Below are positions 47,277 to 59,416 of a DNA stretch of 64,000 nt, piece by piece. The notes under the pieces are model-generated. The model had not been told where the DNA came from. It did no database searches and was given only the letters and a program-made list of their open reading frames with translations. Location: the NCBI GenBank assembly GCA_965262115.1, contig OZ253496.1:672001-736000 (forward strand). Reading direction: 5' to 3'. Origin of the DNA: Nitrospinales bacterium. GTDB lineage: Bacteria; Nitrospinota; Nitrospinia; Nitrospinales; VA-1. A program made the position numbers and the translations under genes. The first letter of the stretch is position 1, and each line of letters begins with the position of its first letter.

Positions 47277-47507
47277 ATGATTCTGTTAGATGGAGAAATC
47301 ACCGAGATCAATACTCCCCCCAATAAGGCCGACCAGTTTCGGGAACTCACCATCTGGGTTCCTGAAACAGGAGAACATGTGGAGTTGACGTGCTATGTTC
47401 ATGAGCTCCAAAAGTCAGGCTTGGAAGAAGGCAACAAGATTTCCATTAAAATTGAAAAGAAATTCGATGTTGACTCTCTGACCCGCGACTTGCTGAAACC
47501 ACAATAG
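47277..47507 (+). CDS. Small hypothetical (OB-fold-like) protein
   Basis: AAGGA RBS; co-oriented between selO and thiL. Confidence 0.65.
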   Translation: MILLDGEITEINTPPNKADQFRELTIWVPETGEHVELTCYVHELQKSGLEEGNKISIKIEKKFDVDSLTRDLLKPQ

Positions 47508-47610
47508 GTTCGAGAAAGCATCGGGAAACATCAGGAAATGCCAGCGTGGCTTTTAGTTTTCCTTCTTGATAGTATAGTTGCTAAATAAACTGAAAGCTCG
47601 ACCCATATTT

Positions 47611-48606
47611 ATGAGCAAAATAAAAGAACTCGGCGAATTTGGGCTCATCCATCACCTTTCTTCACACTTGAAATTCCGCGCATCCGATTCTGTTCTGGGT
47701 ATCGGAGATGACTGTGCGGTTTACCCGGTTAAATCCGGGGCCTATGAAATCATCTCCACGGATGCCATGGTTGAGGGCATCCATTTTAAACTTTCCACTA
47801 CAACTCCCGAGGCTCTGGGCCGAAAAGCCCTGTCTGTCAGCCTCAGTGACATCGCGGCCATGGGGGGAACTCCCAAAAGGGCGCTGGTGACATTGGGAAT
47901 TTCAAAAAAGATTTCAGTGTCGTTTCTTGACAGGCTGTATGCCGGATTCAACGAAGTATGCAATCAGTTCAAGGTGGAAGTCGTCGGCGGAGATACCGTC
48001 TCCTCCCCAAAATGTTTTTTCATAAATGTTTCAGTCATCGGTGAAGCAAAACGCATTTTCACTCGCCGGGGTGCCAGACCGGGTGACCTCATTTTCGTGA
48101 CAGGGACATTGGGCGACTCAAGTCTGGCATTAAAACTGCTCAACAAAAAGAAAAAAGGCGATTATAAATTTCTGATCGGGAGGCACCTGGACCCAACGCC
48201 TAGAGTCCATGAAGCCGGCCTCCTGGCCCGTTCCAGAATAAATATTACCTCAATGATAGATATCAGTGACGGCTTGGTCCAGGACCTTTACCATATTTGC
48301 AAAGCCTCCAAGGTAGGCGCCCAAATTTACGAAGCCCGGTTGCCCCAATCCCCGGAGTTTTCACGGATCTGTAGCGAGGATTCGATCTCCCCTCTTCCAC
48401 TCCTTTTGAATGGCGGAGAGGATTATGAATTACTGTTTACTTTACCTGCTGATGGTGTTAAAAATTTAAACAGGCAGTTTTTAAAGGCTAACGCGCTTGT
48501 TACGCAAATCGGGGAGATCGTTCTCAAACCCAGGAAAGTATCACTGGAAATGAGAGATGGGACGACGAAGACCCTTCCACAGTCAGAGGGCTTCAATCAT
48601 TTTTAA
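47611..48606 (+). CDS. thiL: Thiamine-monophosphate kinase
   Basis: GEFGLI, GIGDDCA, SDIAAMG, GGDT, IDISDGL, GGEDYEL. Confidence 0.96.
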   Translation: MSKIKELGEFGLIHHLSSHLKFRASDSVLGIGDDCAVYPVKSGAYEIISTDAMVEGIHFKLSTTTPEALGRKALSVSLSDIAAMGGTPKRALVTLGISKKISVSFLDRLYAGFNEVCNQFKVEVVGGDTVSSPKCFFINVSVIGEAKRIFTRRGARPGDLIFVTGTLGDSSLALKLLNKKKKGDYKFLIGRHLDPTPRVHEAGLLARSRINITSMIDISDGLVQDLYHICKASKVGAQIYEARLPQSPEFSRICSEDSISPLPLLLNGGEDYELLFTLPADGVKNLNRQFLKANALVTQIGEIVLKPRKVSLEMRDGTTKTLPQSEGFNHF

Positions 48607-48712
48607 GTTTAACAGCGATGGTTTACCCTTCCCAGATGTGCAAATTGCCAAATCGAGTTATCGTGCAATTTGGTTCACAAACGCCAGCCAAGCTTGAGGT
48701 TTCTTAAAAACT

Positions 48713-50014
48713 TTGGACGATTCATTATTATCCCGTTCACTACTACTGGTATTTCTACTTCTGTGTTCGGCCTTTTTTTCAGCCTGTGAGGTCGCCTATT
48801 TTTCTCTAAACCCTCTTCAACTGAATGAGATGTCAGAGAAAAAAGGACGCATGGGCCGAATTGTAAATTCCCTCCTGGCAAAACCACGCGAACTGCTCAT
48901 CACCATTTATATCGGTAATGAGTTCGTAAATATTGCTATTTCCGTCGTGATCACCTCCATAGCGATCAACCTTTTTGGAAGCATCGGTGTGGGCATCGCC
49001 ATTGGGCTCGGTACTTTGCTCCTGCTGATTTTTGGCGATATCATCCCAAAGAGTATTTCAATAAAATTTGCCCAACCCTACGCCTTGTTTTCGGCATATC
49101 CTTTAAAAGCCTTTGCCAAGCTTGTTCAGCCCGCCCAGAAACTGTTTTCTATTTGGACAGAAAAGATCATCGGATCCATGGGAATCCTGCCACATAGACT
49201 AAAAGAATCCCCCATCACCGATGAAGAGTTCCGGGCCATGGTTCAGGTGGGCGAAGGGGAAGGTGTTATCGATTCCGATGAAAGAGAGTTGATCCAGAAT
49301 GTTATAGAGTTTGGTGAAACCACTGTGGCGGAAATCATGACCCCGAAAATAGATATGTTCACCGTAAACATTGAGGACAGTCTGAATAATATTCTGCCCC
49401 GGATCATTGAAAATTTTTATTCCCGGGTTCCTGTATATGGAGTGGACGAAGAAGGCATTCTGGGAATTTTGTTTACCAAAGACCTGACACGGCACAAACA
49501 TGTGCCTCGGGAAAAAATAAGCTTGAAAAGCATTCTGCATCCCACCGTTTCGGTCCCGCAGTCAAAAAAGATCAAAGAAATGCTGGAAGAATTCAGGAAA
49601 CTGAAAAGGCATATGGCCATCGTTCTGGATGAATACGGAAGCGTCTGCGGGCTGGTCACGCTGGAAGATGTCATTGAGGAACTGGTTGGAGAAATTGACA
49701 GCGAAATGCGGCAGGAAGAACTCCCACTAAAGAAACTGAGTGAAAACCATTATCGCATTGCCGGCGCTTATAGCCTGGCAGAATTTAATGAAAGCTTTCA
49801 GAGCAAACTACCTGAGAACGATTACGACACAGTGGGCGGCTATGTTTTCGGCCTCTTTGGCCGAATTCCCCGGTCAGGCGAATCAACCACCGTAGACAGG
49901 TTCAAATTACGTGTCCAAAAAATGAAGGGATCAAGAATCCTGAATCTTTACCTCACCCTTATGGGTCCCCGTCCATTGCCGGATAAAGAGCAAGCTGAGG
50001 TTCCCGAAGACTAA
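48713..50014 (+). CDS. CNNM/DUF21-CBS-CorC (TlyC/hemolysin family) protein 1
   Basis: SAFFSACE, GNEFVN, YSRVPVY, AIVLDEYG, TLEDVIEE. Confidence 0.92.
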   Translation: MDDSLLSRSLLLVFLLLCSAFFSACEVAYFSLNPLQLNEMSEKKGRMGRIVNSLLAKPRELLITIYIGNEFVNIAISVVITSIAINLFGSIGVGIAIGLGTLLLLIFGDIIPKSISIKFAQPYALFSAYPLKAFAKLVQPAQKLFSIWTEKIIGSMGILPHRLKESPITDEEFRAMVQVGEGEGVIDSDERELIQNVIEFGETTVAEIMTPKIDMFTVNIEDSLNNILPRIIENFYSRVPVYGVDEEGILGILFTKDLTRHKHVPREKISLKSILHPTVSVPQSKKIKEMLEEFRKLKRHMAIVLDEYGSVCGLVTLEDVIEELVGEIDSEMRQEELPLKKLSENHYRIAGAYSLAEFNESFQSKLPENDYDTVGGYVFGLFGRIPRSGESTTVDRFKLRVQKMKGSRILNLYLTLMGPRPLPDKEQAEVPED

Positions 50015-51294
50015 TGGACTTTGCAACAACACTCATACTGGTATTGCTGGGAATACTGCTGGAAGCATTTTTTTCCGGTTCAGAAATCGGCATGGTTTCT
50101 GTAAACCGGATAAAAATGAAGCAACTTGTCGAAGATGGAAATTCGGCCGCTCGATCCGTCTTGAAATTACTCGATAATCCTGAACGGCTCTTCACCACAA
50201 CCTCACTGGGGACCAATTTAGCGATGGTGACCAGCACCGCTATATTCACCGCGTTCATGGTCACACATTTTGGAGATTCCGGGGAATGGATGGCCATGCT
50301 GATTATTTCGCCCCTGATATTTTTTGTGGGTGAAATCATTCCCAAAGTTATTTTTCAGCACCGCGCCGATTCCCTCATGTTGTTTATGGTTTATCCGCTT
50401 ATTTTTTTCTATAAAATACTGGCCCCGTTTACATCCTGGTTATCAAAAACATCGGCGAAAGTCACCAGTCGCGTGCAGTTGGCCTCTACGGAAGAGCATA
50501 AGACCTTCAGCCGGGATCAGCTTAGGGGGGTATTGAGCCTGGAGTCGCAGACCGTTGATTTAGGAGTGACGGAAAAGAAAATCATTCACAATATTTTCAA
50601 CTTCGGAGAACTTCGGGCTGAACATTGCATGGTTCCTCTAATTCAAATGATCGTCATAAGGGATACCGCTACGATGCAGGAGGCACATGATGTCGCAAAC
50701 GATTCCGGTTTTTCGCGCGTCCCCGTTTTTCATGAAAGAATGTATAACCTAATTGGAATTTTAAACACCTTCGACCTTTTGGGCCAACCTGTTGACAACA
50801 CCCCTATCACCAGTCTCATCCGGCCTGCCTATTATATTCCCCCGATCAAAAAAATTGATGATCTTCTCAAGGAACTTCAGCAAAGGGGTTTGCACATGGC
50901 CATCGTGGTGGATGAATATGGAGGATGTATCGGCTTGATAACGATCGAGGATCTGCTGGAAAAAATTGTCGGCGAAATCGAAGATGAATACGACAAGCTC
51001 GAGAAAACCTATGAGCCCTATGCAGACGGGGGATACCTTGTGGATGGGAGCACAGAAATAAGCGTTCTCAACGATACCCTCAACTGGGATCTTCCCGGTG
51101 GGGACTTCGAAACCCTTGCAGGTTTGGCCATTGACCGGTTGGAAAGAATCCCCAACTCCGGCGACCAAGTCGTGGTGGGTTCCTACCGAATAACCGTTAA
51201 AGAAGCCAGTAAGCGAAAAATTCAATCCCTGATCATCCGCAAACTGGATCCGTCACAGAAAACCAGCACTAACGGAAAAACTCCGGCCTCTTAA
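50014..51294 (+). CDS. CNNM/DUF21-CBS-CorC protein 2
   Basis: [35 protein letters not shown]. Confidence 0.92.
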   Translation: MDFATTLILVLLGILLEAFFSGSEIGMVSVNRIKMKQLVEDGNSAARSVLKLLDNPERLFTTTSLGTNLAMVTSTAIFTAFMVTHFGDSGEWMAMLIISPLIFFVGEIIPKVIFQHRADSLMLFMVYPLIFFYKILAPFTSWLSKTSAKVTSRVQLASTEEHKTFSRDQLRGVLSLESQTVDLGVTEKKIIHNIFNFGELRAEHCMVPLIQMIVIRDTATMQEAHDVANDSGFSRVPVFHERMYNLIGILNTFDLLGQPVDNTPITSLIRPAYYIPPIKKIDDLLKELQQRGLHMAIVVDEYGGCIGLITIEDLLEKIVGEIEDEYDKLEKTYEPYADGGYLVDGSTEISVLNDTLNWDLPGGDFETLAGLAIDRLERIPNSGDQVVVGSYRITVKEASKRKIQSLIIRKLDPSQKTSTNGKTPAS

Positions 51295-52013
51295 AATTTT
51301 CTAACCATTTCCAGCTCTTTATAAGCCGACTGAATCTCAAGAAACTTCTGGTGGGCCTCATGAACTGTCTGTTCATCCATTGTGGCAACCCGGTCGGGAT
51401 GGCACTGGCTGGCCAGTTTTCGGTAGGCTTTTTTGATTTCATCATTCGAAGCGTCAGAAGAAAGTCCCAATATATAGTAAGGGGTTCTAAAGGGTTCCAG
51501 TGAATACTTCTCTCTGATTTCGTTATGTTGGTCATACGACAGCCCCAACTGCAACCCGACTTTTTTTATCAGCGATTGGGTTTCTTCACCTACGGCATTC
51601 TCAATTAAATTAATCTGATAGCATAGGGCGAGGAGCAAAAGATTGTAGTTGTTCTGACAAGATTTTTTATACTCACCTATGAACCGGTCAATATCCGGTT
51701 TTTTGGACTGAACTTCCTTGATCAATCGATCCAGTGATTTTAAATCCGGGGGGCTATAGCCCAGGTTCTTCATAAAAAATTTATGAATCACCTCCACCTG
51801 TTTCGGGCTTAATGCTCCCGCCTCCATAGCCACCCGCGTTAAAATGACGACCAGAGATGTTATAAATTCACCCTCACGGATAATGCCGGGCAAATTTTCA
51901 TGCAGTTTTTTCTGGAGTTTTTTACCTAAAAAATGTTCAATGGTGCCGCCAATAACGGCACCCAAAGGGCCGCCACGTAAAAAACCCAAACCTGCACCCA
52001 TCCACCATGACAT
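51291..52013 (-). CDS. DjlA-like co-chaperone (TerB-like plus C-terminal J domain)
   Basis: [15 protein letters not shown]...[15 protein letters not shown]. Confidence 0.87.
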   Translation of the reverse strand: MSWWMGAGLGFLRGGPLGAVIGGTIEHFLGKKLQKKLHENLPGIIREGEFITSLVVILTRVAMEAGALSPKQVEVIHKFFMKNLGYSPPDLKSLDRLIKEVQSKKPDIDRFIGEYKKSCQNNYNLLLLALCYQINLIENAVGEETQSLIKKVGLQLGLSYDQHNEIREKYSLEPFRTPYYILGLSSDASNDEIKKAYRKLASQCHPDRVATMDEQTVHEAHQKFLEIQSAYKELEMVRKF

Positions 52014-52146
52014 ATAAAGTGTTCCACTCACAAAATGAAAACGGGCACTATACCACAAACAGGGCCCCGCACCCCCTTACATCAGAAAGCTCAAAAAAGT
52101 GGCAGGTAAGCACAAACACAAAACAACCCACTGGAGGAAGCAATTG

Positions 52147-52437
52147 ATGGTCAAACACATTGTTATGTTCAAACTGGCAGAAAAGAATCAGGAAAACCGG
52201 GACCAAGCCATCACCGCCCTCAACAGCCTGAGGGGAAATATTGAAACTTTGAAGTTTTTAGAGCTGGGAACTGATTTTTTAAGCTCCGAAAGAAGCTACG
52301 ATATCGTTCTTACCGCTTTTTTTGACGATCGTGAGGGTTTGAAAGTATATGCGAGCCATAAAAACCATTTACCCGTTGTTGAGAAAATGCGTTCACTCTG
52401 TTCCTCATCCATTGTCGTGGACTATGAAACGGAATAA
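52147..52437 (+). CDS. Dabb (stress-responsive alpha/beta barrel) protein
   Basis: MVKHIVMFKL...YASHKNH...VVDY; GGAGG RBS. Confidence 0.88.
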   Translation: MVKHIVMFKLAEKNQENRDQAITALNSLRGNIETLKFLELGTDFLSSERSYDIVLTAFFDDREGLKVYASHKNHLPVVEKMRSLCSSSIVVDYETE

Positions 52438-52621
52438 CGTTGGCTTTCCCAGTAGAAAGCAGTTTTTTTATGCCATCTGGGCAAATAAATTGTTGTACTT
52501 TATTTTCCCAAATGCTAAGGTTCAAAGAATTTTTATCCAGCCATGGGTAAAATGCAAAGGTTTTTGAGTTACCTGCCCGAATGTATTCAGTATAGGGTTC
52601 CCTAATATAGGAGATTCGGCA

Positions 52622-53230
52622 ATGGCAACGAAAAAAAAGGCGGCAAAAAAAAAGACTTATGTAAAGAAGAAAGTTGTGACTAAAAAGAAAGCAAAGGCCA
52701 AGAAAACTGCAAAAAAGGCCGCTAAGAAGAAGGTTACGAAAAAAACTGCAGCAAAAAAAGCGTCGCCTAAAAAGAAGACCAAGGCCTCACCTGCGAAAAC
52801 CGCCTCAACAAAAAAGAAAACCAAGGGCTCAAAAACCAATATTGAACCGGGCAAGTTACGCTTGGTCAGACAGGAACATCCTCAACTGGATCCTGCGGTT
52901 CTCAAAATCCTTGAACGGCTTATTGCCAACCGGGGAGAATTATTGAAATTGATTCGGGCTTCACAATCTGTGGAGCGCGATGCTGGAGATTTGACATTCA
53001 GTAACGAAATTGATCTTGCCTCAAGTCTTGAGGGAAGAGAAATGATTTTTCAATTGACCAGCAGGGATCGCAATGAACTTAAGTTGATTGAAGAAGCGTT
53101 ATTCAGAATAAACAACGGTAGTTACGGGGAATGTGAATCCTGCGAAAAAAAGATCACCTTGAAGCGTCTTCAAATTATGCCATTGACCACTTTATGTATT
53201 GAGTGCCAGGAGGCCGCCGAGAATCTTTAA
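52622..53230 (+). CDS. dksA: DksA/TraR zinc-finger regulator with a histone-H1-like Lys/Ala N-terminus
   Basis: NEIDLA coiled-coil tip, ALFRI..GSYGECESC...RL...LCIECQ. Confidence 0.85.
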   Translation: MATKKKAAKKKTYVKKKVVTKKKAKAKKTAKKAAKKKVTKKTAAKKASPKKKTKASPAKTASTKKKTKGSKTNIEPGKLRLVRQEHPQLDPAVLKILERLIANRGELLKLIRASQSVERDAGDLTFSNEIDLASSLEGREMIFQLTSRDRNELKLIEEALFRINNGSYGECESCEKKITLKRLQIMPLTTLCIECQEAAENL

Positions 53231-53238
53231 CCGCGCCT

Positions 53239-55800
53239 TTACTTCCCATGGCACTTTTTGTATTTCTTACCGCTGCCACACGGGCAAGGATCGTTCCGAC
53301 CAACCTTCTCTTCATCGCGCCGAACCGTCACCTGTTTTTCTGAAGCCTCCGATGCTCCCCGGTGTTCTACAATCCCCCGAGGCTTACTGATCAGTTCCTC
53401 TGGCATCTCCACTTTCTGATTAACCTGAACCTTGAACAAATATTCCGTAGCTTCTTCTTTGATGCGTGCCATCAGGTTGCTAAACAGATCAAACCCTTCC
53501 TTCTTATATTCTGTCAGAGGATTTTTCTGGGCATAACCACGCAAACCAATCCCTTCCTTGAGGTGGTCCATGCCTAACAGGTGATCTTTCCAGAGTGTAT
53601 CCAGAATCTGCAGCATGATGACTTTTTCAACGTGCCGCATGAATTCGGCCTCAATGCCTACTTCTTTTGCTTCATAGGCCTGGGTCACCGCCTCCATGAC
53701 GGCATCATGAAGCTTTTCTCTGTTACAGTATTCCAATTCCAACTTTACACTTCCAAGAATGAGGGGTCCATGTTCGCCGTGTTTTTCAATGTGAACCGCA
53801 AACTGCCTTTCCAGCAACTCGTTCAGAGCTTCAATATCCCACTCTTCTGGATATATCTTTTCATGAGCAATACCAGCCAGCGCGTCATCCACCAACTCAT
53901 CTGCCATATCCAACAGGATTTCTTTCCCATTTTCCGTATTGATGATTTCCCGGCGCAATGCATAAAGAACCTCCCTTTGGCGATTCATGACATCGTCATA
54001 TTCCAGGAGGTGCTTGCGTATATCAAAGTTATGGGCTTCAACTTTTTTCTGGGCATTGGCAACCGCTTTCGAGATCATGGCATGCTCAACGGGTTGCCCA
54101 TCTTCCATTCCTAATCGGGCCATTAAAGGAGAAATTTTATCGGACCCGAAAATACGCAGTAAATCATCCTCAAGGCTGAGATAAAAACGGGAAGACCCCA
54201 TATCCCCCTGCCTTCCAGAGCGACCTCGCAACTGGTTATCAATGCGTCGACTTTCATGACGTTCGGTTCCGAGAATATGGAGACCACCCAGTTCGGGGAT
54301 GCCCTCGCCCAAAACAATATCCGTACCCCTTCCGGCCATATTCGTCGCAATGGTCACAGCTCCGGGTTGCCCGGCCTGCGCAATGATCTCGGCCTCTTGT
54401 TCATGATGCTTGGCATTCAAAACACTATGTTTGATGCCGGTTTTTTTCAGCTTCTTGCTCAAAAGCTCTGATCTTTCGATGGATATCGTACCCACCAGGA
54501 CGGGTCTTTTTATTGCATTCAATTCCTTGATCTCTTCGATAGCAGCATCAAATTTTTCCATTTCTGTTCTGTAAATCACGTCCGGATAATCTTCCCGAAT
54601 CATAGGCTGATTTGTGGGAACAACAACGACTTCGAGTTTATAAATCGAGCTAAATTCTTCCGCCTCCGTATCTGCCGTTCCAGTCATGCCTGCCAGTTTT
54701 TCATACATACGAAAATAGTTTTGGAAGGTAATGCTTGCAAGGGTCTGGTTTTCGTTTTCAATTTTTACTCCCTCTTTCGCCTCCAAAGCCTGATGCAGTC
54801 CATCGCTGTAACGCCTTCCCGACATCATGCGGCCGGTGAATTCGTCGATAATGACGACTTCCCCATCCTTCACCACATAGTCCACTTCATTTTTGAACAA
54901 CCCATGCGCTTTAACCGCTTGGTTTAGACAATGAAGTGTTTCAATATTGGCTGGATCATACAGGTTCTCTATATTTAACAATTTTTCCATGAGGACAATT
55001 CCCTCATCCGTCAAGGAAGCGGTCCTGGCCTTTTCATCAACCGTATAATGCTCTTCTTTTTTCAGCTTGGGGACAATCTGGTTCACCGTATAATATTTGT
55101 CCGTCGATTCCTCCGCCGGACCAGAGATGATCAAAGGAGTCCGAGCCTCATCAATTAAAATACTATCGACCTCATCCACAATGGCAAAATTCAGTTCCCG
55201 CTGAACCATTTGTTCTTTTGAGAACTTCATATTGTCCCGAAGAAAATCGAACCCGAATTCATTATTAGTGCCATAAAGCACATCTGCCGAATAGGCCGCC
55301 TTTCTTTCCTCCTCAGGAATATCGTGATAGATCTTGCCCACAGACAAGCCTAGAAACTTGTATATCTCTCCCATCCACTGGCTGTCACGGGTAGCCAGAT
55401 AGTCGTTGACCGTTACAACATGCACACCCTTTCCCGTCAAGGCGTTCAAGTAAACCGGCAAGGTCGCCATCAGGGTTTTTCCTTCACCGGTTTTCATTTC
55501 CGCTATTTTTCCTTCATGCAGAACCACTCCGCCTATAATCTGCACATCAAAAGGACGCATTTCAAGCGTCCTACAACTGGCTTCGCGAACCACCGCAAAT
55601 GCCTCGGGCAGGACATCTTCCAATGTAGAGCCGTTAGCCAGCTTGTCTTTCAATTCGGGTGTTTTGGCTTTAAGCTGGCCGTCAGAAAGTGCCTTGATCT
55701 CATCTTCCAATGCGTTAACGGCGTCCACATAACTCTGAATCCGCTTAATCTCGCGGTCATTGCGGGTACCCACTAATTTTCTGATTAAGCCAAGCACCAT
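53239..55800 (-). CDS. secA: Preprotein translocase ATPase SecA
   Basis: [51 protein letters not shown]. Confidence 0.99.
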   Translation of the reverse strand: MVLGLIRKLVGTRNDREIKRIQSYVDAVNALEDEIKALSDGQLKAKTPELKDKLANGSTLEDVLPEAFAVVREASCRTLEMRPFDVQIIGGVVLHEGKIAEMKTGEGKTLMATLPVYLNALTGKGVHVVTVNDYLATRDSQWMGEIYKFLGLSVGKIYHDIPEEERKAAYSADVLYGTNNEFGFDFLRDNMKFSKEQMVQRELNFAIVDEVDSILIDEARTPLIISGPAEESTDKYYTVNQIVPKLKKEEHYTVDEKARTASLTDEGIVLMEKLLNIENLYDPANIETLHCLNQAVKAHGLFKNEVDYVVKDGEVVIIDEFTGRMMSGRRYSDGLHQALEAKEGVKIENENQTLASITFQNYFRMYEKLAGMTGTADTEAEEFSSIYKLEVVVVPTNQPMIREDYPDVIYRTEMEKFDAAIEEIKELNAIKRPVLVGTISIERSELLSKKLKKTGIKHSVLNAKHHEQEAEIIAQAGQPGAVTIATNMAGRGTDIVLGEGIPELGGLHILGTERHESRRIDNQLRGRSGRQGDMGSSRFYLSLEDDLLRIFGSDKISPLMARLGMEDGQPVEHAMISKAVANAQKKVEAHNFDIRKHLLEYDDVMNRQREVLYALRREIINTENGKEILLDMADELVDDALAGIAHEKIYPEEWDIEALNELLERQFAVHIEKHGEHGPLILGSVKLELEYCNREKLHDAVMEAVTQAYEAKEVGIEAEFMRHVEKVIMLQILDTLWKDHLLGMDHLKEGIGLRGYAQKNPLTEYKKEGFDLFSNLMARIKEEATEYLFKVQVNQKVEMPEELISKPRGIVEHRGASEASEKQVTVRRDEEKVGRNDPCPCGSGKKYKKCHGK

Positions 55801-55985
55801 CTCAAATCCTGAATATTAATTTATAGTTTGAAGTTTAGAACAATAATAATACAGGGGGATCCTAGACCCTGGCCATCAAGGCCAAACCCTCGCCCATTAA
55901 GGATGCATATAGAAAAAATTCGAGGTATCGGTGGGGGAAAAAGGTGACTCAAAACCTGGCGATTCAATGATCGCCAAAGGACGAC

Positions 55986-56915
55986 CTATTCTTCTAAAAT
56001 ATAGTTCTTGGGAGTGACCGGCACACCGTTGAGCAACACTTCATAGTGGAGATGAGGTCCGGTGCTCCGCCCGGTATTTCCAACCCGCGAAACCACCTGC
56101 CCTCGCTTGACACGGTCTCCCACTTTAACCAGATGCTTGGAGTTGTGACCATAGCGGGTAACAATACCATAACCATGGTCGATCTCAATCATGTTTCCAT
56201 ATCCATATTCTCTTCCTTCAACGACAACCACACCATCCGCCGTAGCACGCACAGGAGCCCCGGTTCGGGCCGCAATATCCCAGCCTTCATGTTTTTCCCT
56301 TAAACCTGTAAACGGAGATTTTCGAAAACCAAAACTGGAGGTCACCCAACCGCGAGTCGGCCAGATTGAAGGGGTTGAAGAAAGAAAAGATTTTTGATTC
56401 TTAAAGAAATCATCCAGCTCCTGAAAGCTGATAGTCTGAATTTTAGCCTGCCTGCCTAAATGATCCAGTCCATTAGATAAACGATCCACCATACTGGCCG
56501 CGCCTCGGCCCATAGCGGTCGTGAAGCTGTTAGTGCTCAATCCATAAGGCCCGCCAACGCCCCAGTTTTTCTCAACCGATTTGGGCGAATTTTCCAGAGC
56601 CGTAATAACCCGGAGCTTTTTCTCAAATCGTTCCAGCCGGGCCATCTCTGTCTCGAAATTTTTTACCTGCTGGGCAAATTTTTCTATCTGGATTTCGCGG
56701 ATTTTTGAGTCCCGACGAAGCTTGGCCAGCTCGGTTTCGCCACCTTGCAACCGCAAATATTGCTGGGCAAAATAAAATGTAGACCCCAGAAACCCTATCA
56801 AAACAACAAAAGACACCAAAACGCCAAACTTTACAAAACGCTTCGGCAGGCGCAATTTTTTAGGGGAGCCCGCCGCCCCAGGAAAAACTACTATGGTTAC
56901 TTCATCTTTGCCCAC
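55986..56915 (-). CDS. M23-family metallopeptidase
   Basis: GTG start after AAGGAGG; TM, coiled coil, HEGWD, YGH, TGRSTGPHLHYE. Confidence 0.92.
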   Translation of the reverse strand: MGKDEVTIVVFPGAAGSPKKLRLPKRFVKFGVLVSFVVLIGFLGSTFYFAQQYLRLQGGETELAKLRRDSKIREIQIEKFAQQVKNFETEMARLERFEKKLRVITALENSPKSVEKNWGVGGPYGLSTNSFTTAMGRGAASMVDRLSNGLDHLGRQAKIQTISFQELDDFFKNQKSFLSSTPSIWPTRGWVTSSFGFRKSPFTGLREKHEGWDIAARTGAPVRATADGVVVVEGREYGYGNMIEIDHGYGIVTRYGHNSKHLVKVGDRVKRGQVVSRVGNTGRSTGPHLHYEVLLNGVPVTPKNYILEE

Positions 56916-57078
56916 TTTGCCTCCTTGGCAGCAGTTAGAAACACGCACAATCTTTCGAATAGTATCGCTTAAACCCATTATTTGTCAATACTTAAATCAG
57001 CCCAGCCAAAAAGGAAATAAATACAAAAGCCCCGCCTTTCAATGCCTGCAAAAGTGGCTCTAAATGGAGCCCTCGAAC

Positions 57079-57954
57079 CTAATCTATAGACTTTATTTTC
57101 TCTCTGGCCTGAATATGATCCGGGTTGATCGACAACACCAGCCTGAAAAATTCCTGGCCTTTTTGGACATCTCCATTTTCTTCATGGAGCAGGCCCAGGC
57201 TGAATAAAGCGGGAACCTGTCCATTGACATCACCAATTTTCTGGTAAATATTCAGCATTTTTTCAAAACCGGCAATCGCTCCGGTTAAATTTCCTTTGTC
57301 GTAATCACGAAATGCATTCTGTCGAATCGATTGGGCAAGGACCTTTCCATAGCCCCAGCCCAAAGTCTGTGACCCCTCTTTTAAAGAGTCGTTATATTCT
57401 GCTTCAAACCGTTGTCCTTCACCCATCTCTTCAAAAATTTTCTTCAGGTTGAAAAAAAACATCAACTCTTTCGGGTTGGTTCGAATCGCAGTTCGCACTT
57501 TTTCCAACGCTTCCTGAAATTGTTTACCATTAACAAGAGAAGCCGCCCAATTATTCCAGGCCAGTCCATTCTCTGGGTCCAGTTCTGTCGCCTGCTTAAA
57601 TAACTCTTCGGCTTTTTGATCTTCACCCTTTACATAATGTAGATAGCCCAACGCATACCAAACTGAGGACGAGTTTTCGTGAGACCGGCGGTATCCGCCC
57701 AAAAATTCCTCTGCTTCGTCAAGAGCCCCCAGAGCATTCCAGGCCTTCACCATATTGCGGAAAACATAACCGGGGTTGGTCTCATCAACCAAGACCGATT
57801 TATAAATTTCAAGAGCCTCTTTAAACTTTCCCTGAGAAAAATAAAAATCGGCTTTGGCATTTGCGGGTAACTGAAAACCACCGGAATGCGGTTGGGCCTC
57901 TATATGCAGGGGCCAAAGCATCAGCGCTAAAAACACTGGTAGAAAATAAATCAT
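57079..57954 (-). CDS. Exported TPR protein
   Basis: Signal peptide then multiple TPRs; the ORF-track 5' extension overlaps dnaB. Confidence 0.8.
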   Translation of the reverse strand: MIYFLPVFLALMLWPLHIEAQPHSGGFQLPANAKADFYFSQGKFKEALEIYKSVLVDETNPGYVFRNMVKAWNALGALDEAEEFLGGYRRSHENSSSVWYALGYLHYVKGEDQKAEELFKQATELDPENGLAWNNWAASLVNGKQFQEALEKVRTAIRTNPKELMFFFNLKKIFEEMGEGQRFEAEYNDSLKEGSQTLGWGYGKVLAQSIRQNAFRDYDKGNLTGAIAGFEKMLNIYQKIGDVNGQVPALFSLGLLHEENGDVQKGQEFFRLVLSINPDHIQAREKIKSID

Positions 57955-57997
57955 GGACCATATTGAAGCCCCTCTGTTTTGCGAAGAAAGCTTGCGA

Positions 57998-59389
57998 TTA
58001 AAAGGCAGGTTCAAAGTCTGAAGAGTCCGCTTCGGGTGGAACATCCGCGCGGGTGCTTCTATCGTAGAAGCGTGTGTATTGGTTTTCAAAGTGTAAGAGC
58101 ACCTCCCCGATGGGACCGTTTCTTTGTTTGCGAACCAGAATTTCTGTTTTACCCGGGTCATCCGATTCGGGGTTGTATACAACATCTCGGTAAATAAACA
58201 TGACCACATCCGCATCCTGCTCAATGGAACCCGATTCCCGAAGATCCGACAAGAGCGGCCGCTTATCCGTCCGACTCTCAACAGCTCGGCTCAACTGGGA
58301 AAGTGCCAGTATCGGAGCATTTATCTCTTTGGCCAGGGCTTTGAGTCCTCTCGATATTTCTGAGACTTCCAGTTGTCGGCTCTCGCTCTTCCCCCGTCCC
58401 TGCATCAATTGCATATAGTCTACAATAATCAGTCCGAGAGGCTGTTCGGCGGCGAGCCTGCGGGAGCGGGCACGTATATCCAGGACCGACAAAGCTGAGC
58501 TGTCGTCGATAAACAATTGCGCTTCCGCCAGTTCCCTGCCAGCGTCATGCACTTTAGGCCAATCACTCTTAGCCAGATAACCGGTACGAACTTTAGAAGA
58601 ATCCATCTGCGCCTTGGAGCACAAAAGCCGCATTCCCAATTGTTCTTTCGACATTTCGAGACTGAAAAAAGCTGTAGAAATTTTTTTATTCAAAGACACA
58701 TAACGGGCGATATCCAGAGCAAAACTGGTTTTACCCATACTGGGCCGTGCCGCCAGAACGATCAGATCAGATTTTTGAAACCCCGCTGTCATGTTATCCA
58801 AATCAGTAAATCCCGAAGGCACCCCGGTAACCATTCCCGGTTCCTGGGCAAGTTTTTCCAGATCCGACAAACCCTGCTTAACAATCTCAGGAAGCTTGTA
58901 AAAGCTTGGTTTGGTTCTTTTTTCGGAGATTTCGAAAATGGACTGCTCAGCTTTATCAAGCAGGGTGTCCACATCATCACTGTCGCTGTAACTATTAGAA
59001 ACAATCTCTGTCGCGGTCTGAATCAGGTCTCGGAGGATTTTTTTTTCGCGGAGGATTTTAGCGTGGTGGACTACTGCTGTAGAGGTGGGTACAAAATCTT
59101 CAAGAAGAGTCAGGTATTCGATGCCCCCCACCTCTTCCAGCTCATTTTTTCTTTTGAGCTTGTCTGCCAATGCGAGAACATCTATCGGCTCATTGCCTTC
59201 GAACTGTTCCCGCATTACAGAAAATATTTTTTTATGGGTGGACTTGTAGAAGTCCTCTGCACTCAAAATTTCAAGAGCTTTAGCAATCGCATCTTCTGAA
59301 TGCAGGCAGGCACCTAGAACACTCTGCTCCGCCTCCTTGTTATAAGGAGGCAATTTGTTCAGAGAAATGTCGGTCAGGGCATCAGCCAT
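57998..59389 (-). CDS. dnaB: Replicative DNA helicase
   Basis: ARPSMGKT, FSLEM, VDYMQL, SQLSR, LRESGSIEQDAD, KQRNGP; no intein. Confidence 0.99.
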   Translation of the reverse strand: MADALTDISLNKLPPYNKEAEQSVLGACLHSEDAIAKALEILSAEDFYKSTHKKIFSVMREQFEGNEPIDVLALADKLKRKNELEEVGGIEYLTLLEDFVPTSTAVVHHAKILREKKILRDLIQTATEIVSNSYSDSDDVDTLLDKAEQSIFEISEKRTKPSFYKLPEIVKQGLSDLEKLAQEPGMVTGVPSGFTDLDNMTAGFQKSDLIVLAARPSMGKTSFALDIARYVSLNKKISTAFFSLEMSKEQLGMRLLCSKAQMDSSKVRTGYLAKSDWPKVHDAGRELAEAQLFIDDSSALSVLDIRARSRRLAAEQPLGLIIVDYMQLMQGRGKSESRQLEVSEISRGLKALAKEINAPILALSQLSRAVESRTDKRPLLSDLRESGSIEQDADVVMFIYRDVVYNPESDDPGKTEILVRKQRNGPIGEVLLHFENQYTRFYDRSTRADVPPEADSSDFEPAF

Positions 59390-59416
59390 AATTCTTTCAG
59401 GGTAAAGGCCTCTTTA

